A DNA stretch of 63,805 nucleotides, filler included, from Octopus bimaculoides (Eukaryota), in assembly GCF_001194135.2 (NCBI RefSeq). It is 4 parts of 4 records of this genome, joined end to end, with 100 filler letters (N's around TTAATTAATTAA, not from the genome) between each part and the next. Parts side by side here need not be neighbours in the genome. Positions count along the whole stretch, not along the records: positions 60,951 to 63,805 come from NW_026306797.1; 3 more parts are not named here. The stretch is one strand, 5' to 3'. The notes under the pieces were generated by a model, which was given only the letters and a program-made list of their open reading frames with translations, made no database searches and had not been told where the DNA came from. Position 1 is the first letter of the stretch, and each line of letters starts with the position of its first letter. Below are positions 63,380-63,805 of this stretch, in pieces. The translations under genes and the position numbers were made by a program.

Positions 63380-63805
63380 CTCTATTCTAATAGGAATTAA
63401 ATTATATTATCCTAGGAGCTATTGTAAAGCCCACAATTGATATTGGTAAATTGTACATTGATATGCCTGCCTTAAAACCTAATATTATACTACATTGTAC
63501 TATAAAATATGAATTATAAATAACTCTCAATTACAATAGGAATTATTATCTCTAGGAGCTTTTTCAAAACCCACAGCTGCTATATGTAAGTTACATATTA
63601 ATATATTAATATGGCCTGCTTTAGGGCCTAATATTATACCCTATGCACTCTAGGTTATAAATTATAAATTATAAATTATAAACAATTTTCCAATAGAATG
63701 GAGATCTATAGTGTTTTATCCTACCTCTAGGATGTTATGCAAAACCCACAATTGTTATTGTCAAGTTATACATTTATATAGCCTGCCTTAAGATCTAATA
63801 TCACA
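63380..63805 (+). repeat. Diverged tandem repeat, 140-175-bp unit
   Basis: CTAGGA..AAA(G/A)CCCACA..GCCTGC(C/T)TTA..CTAATAT recurs at about 63412, 63552 and 63727. Confidence 0.75.

Overview
Eukaryotic, AT-rich, microsatellite-dense genomic DNA. The tRNA-derived SINE families and repeat landscape suggest a coleoid cephalopod, probably Octopus (inference). The window is a patchwork: three identical 100-nt artificial linkers (N44-TTAATTAATTAA-N44 at 16804, 44942 and 60851) join four pieces, and there are many other N gaps. Almost all ORFs in the supplied track are microsatellite, gap or antisense artefacts. One host gene can be rebuilt by hand on the minus strand: six phase-compatible GT-AG exons (43290 to 18027) encoding the C-terminal ~315 aa of a SUSD2/Mesh-like type I membrane protein (VWD domain, Cys linker, Sushi/CCP domain, TM helix). 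Its 5' exons are missing beyond the 44942 join. The rest is mobile-element debris: RTE, Tx1/L1-like and RLE-type LINEs, hAT, mariner, a nearly complete decayed Helitron, MULE-, piggyBac- and mariner-type MITEs, fold-back elements and many SINEs. The most notable observations are: (1) three copies of a dispersed repeat carrying a minimal type I hammerhead-ribozyme fold with a shared non-canonical core (CUGUYGA instead of CUGANGA); (2) a microinversion that flips the HUH motif of the Helitron Rep; (3) a PHD-like finger inside an RTE ORF2; (4) a strongly CpG-depleted block at about 47-60.6 kb; (5) a candidate alternative terminal exon that would give a secreted isoform of the SUSD2-like protein. 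All coordinates and translations were done by eye, and no database searches were run.
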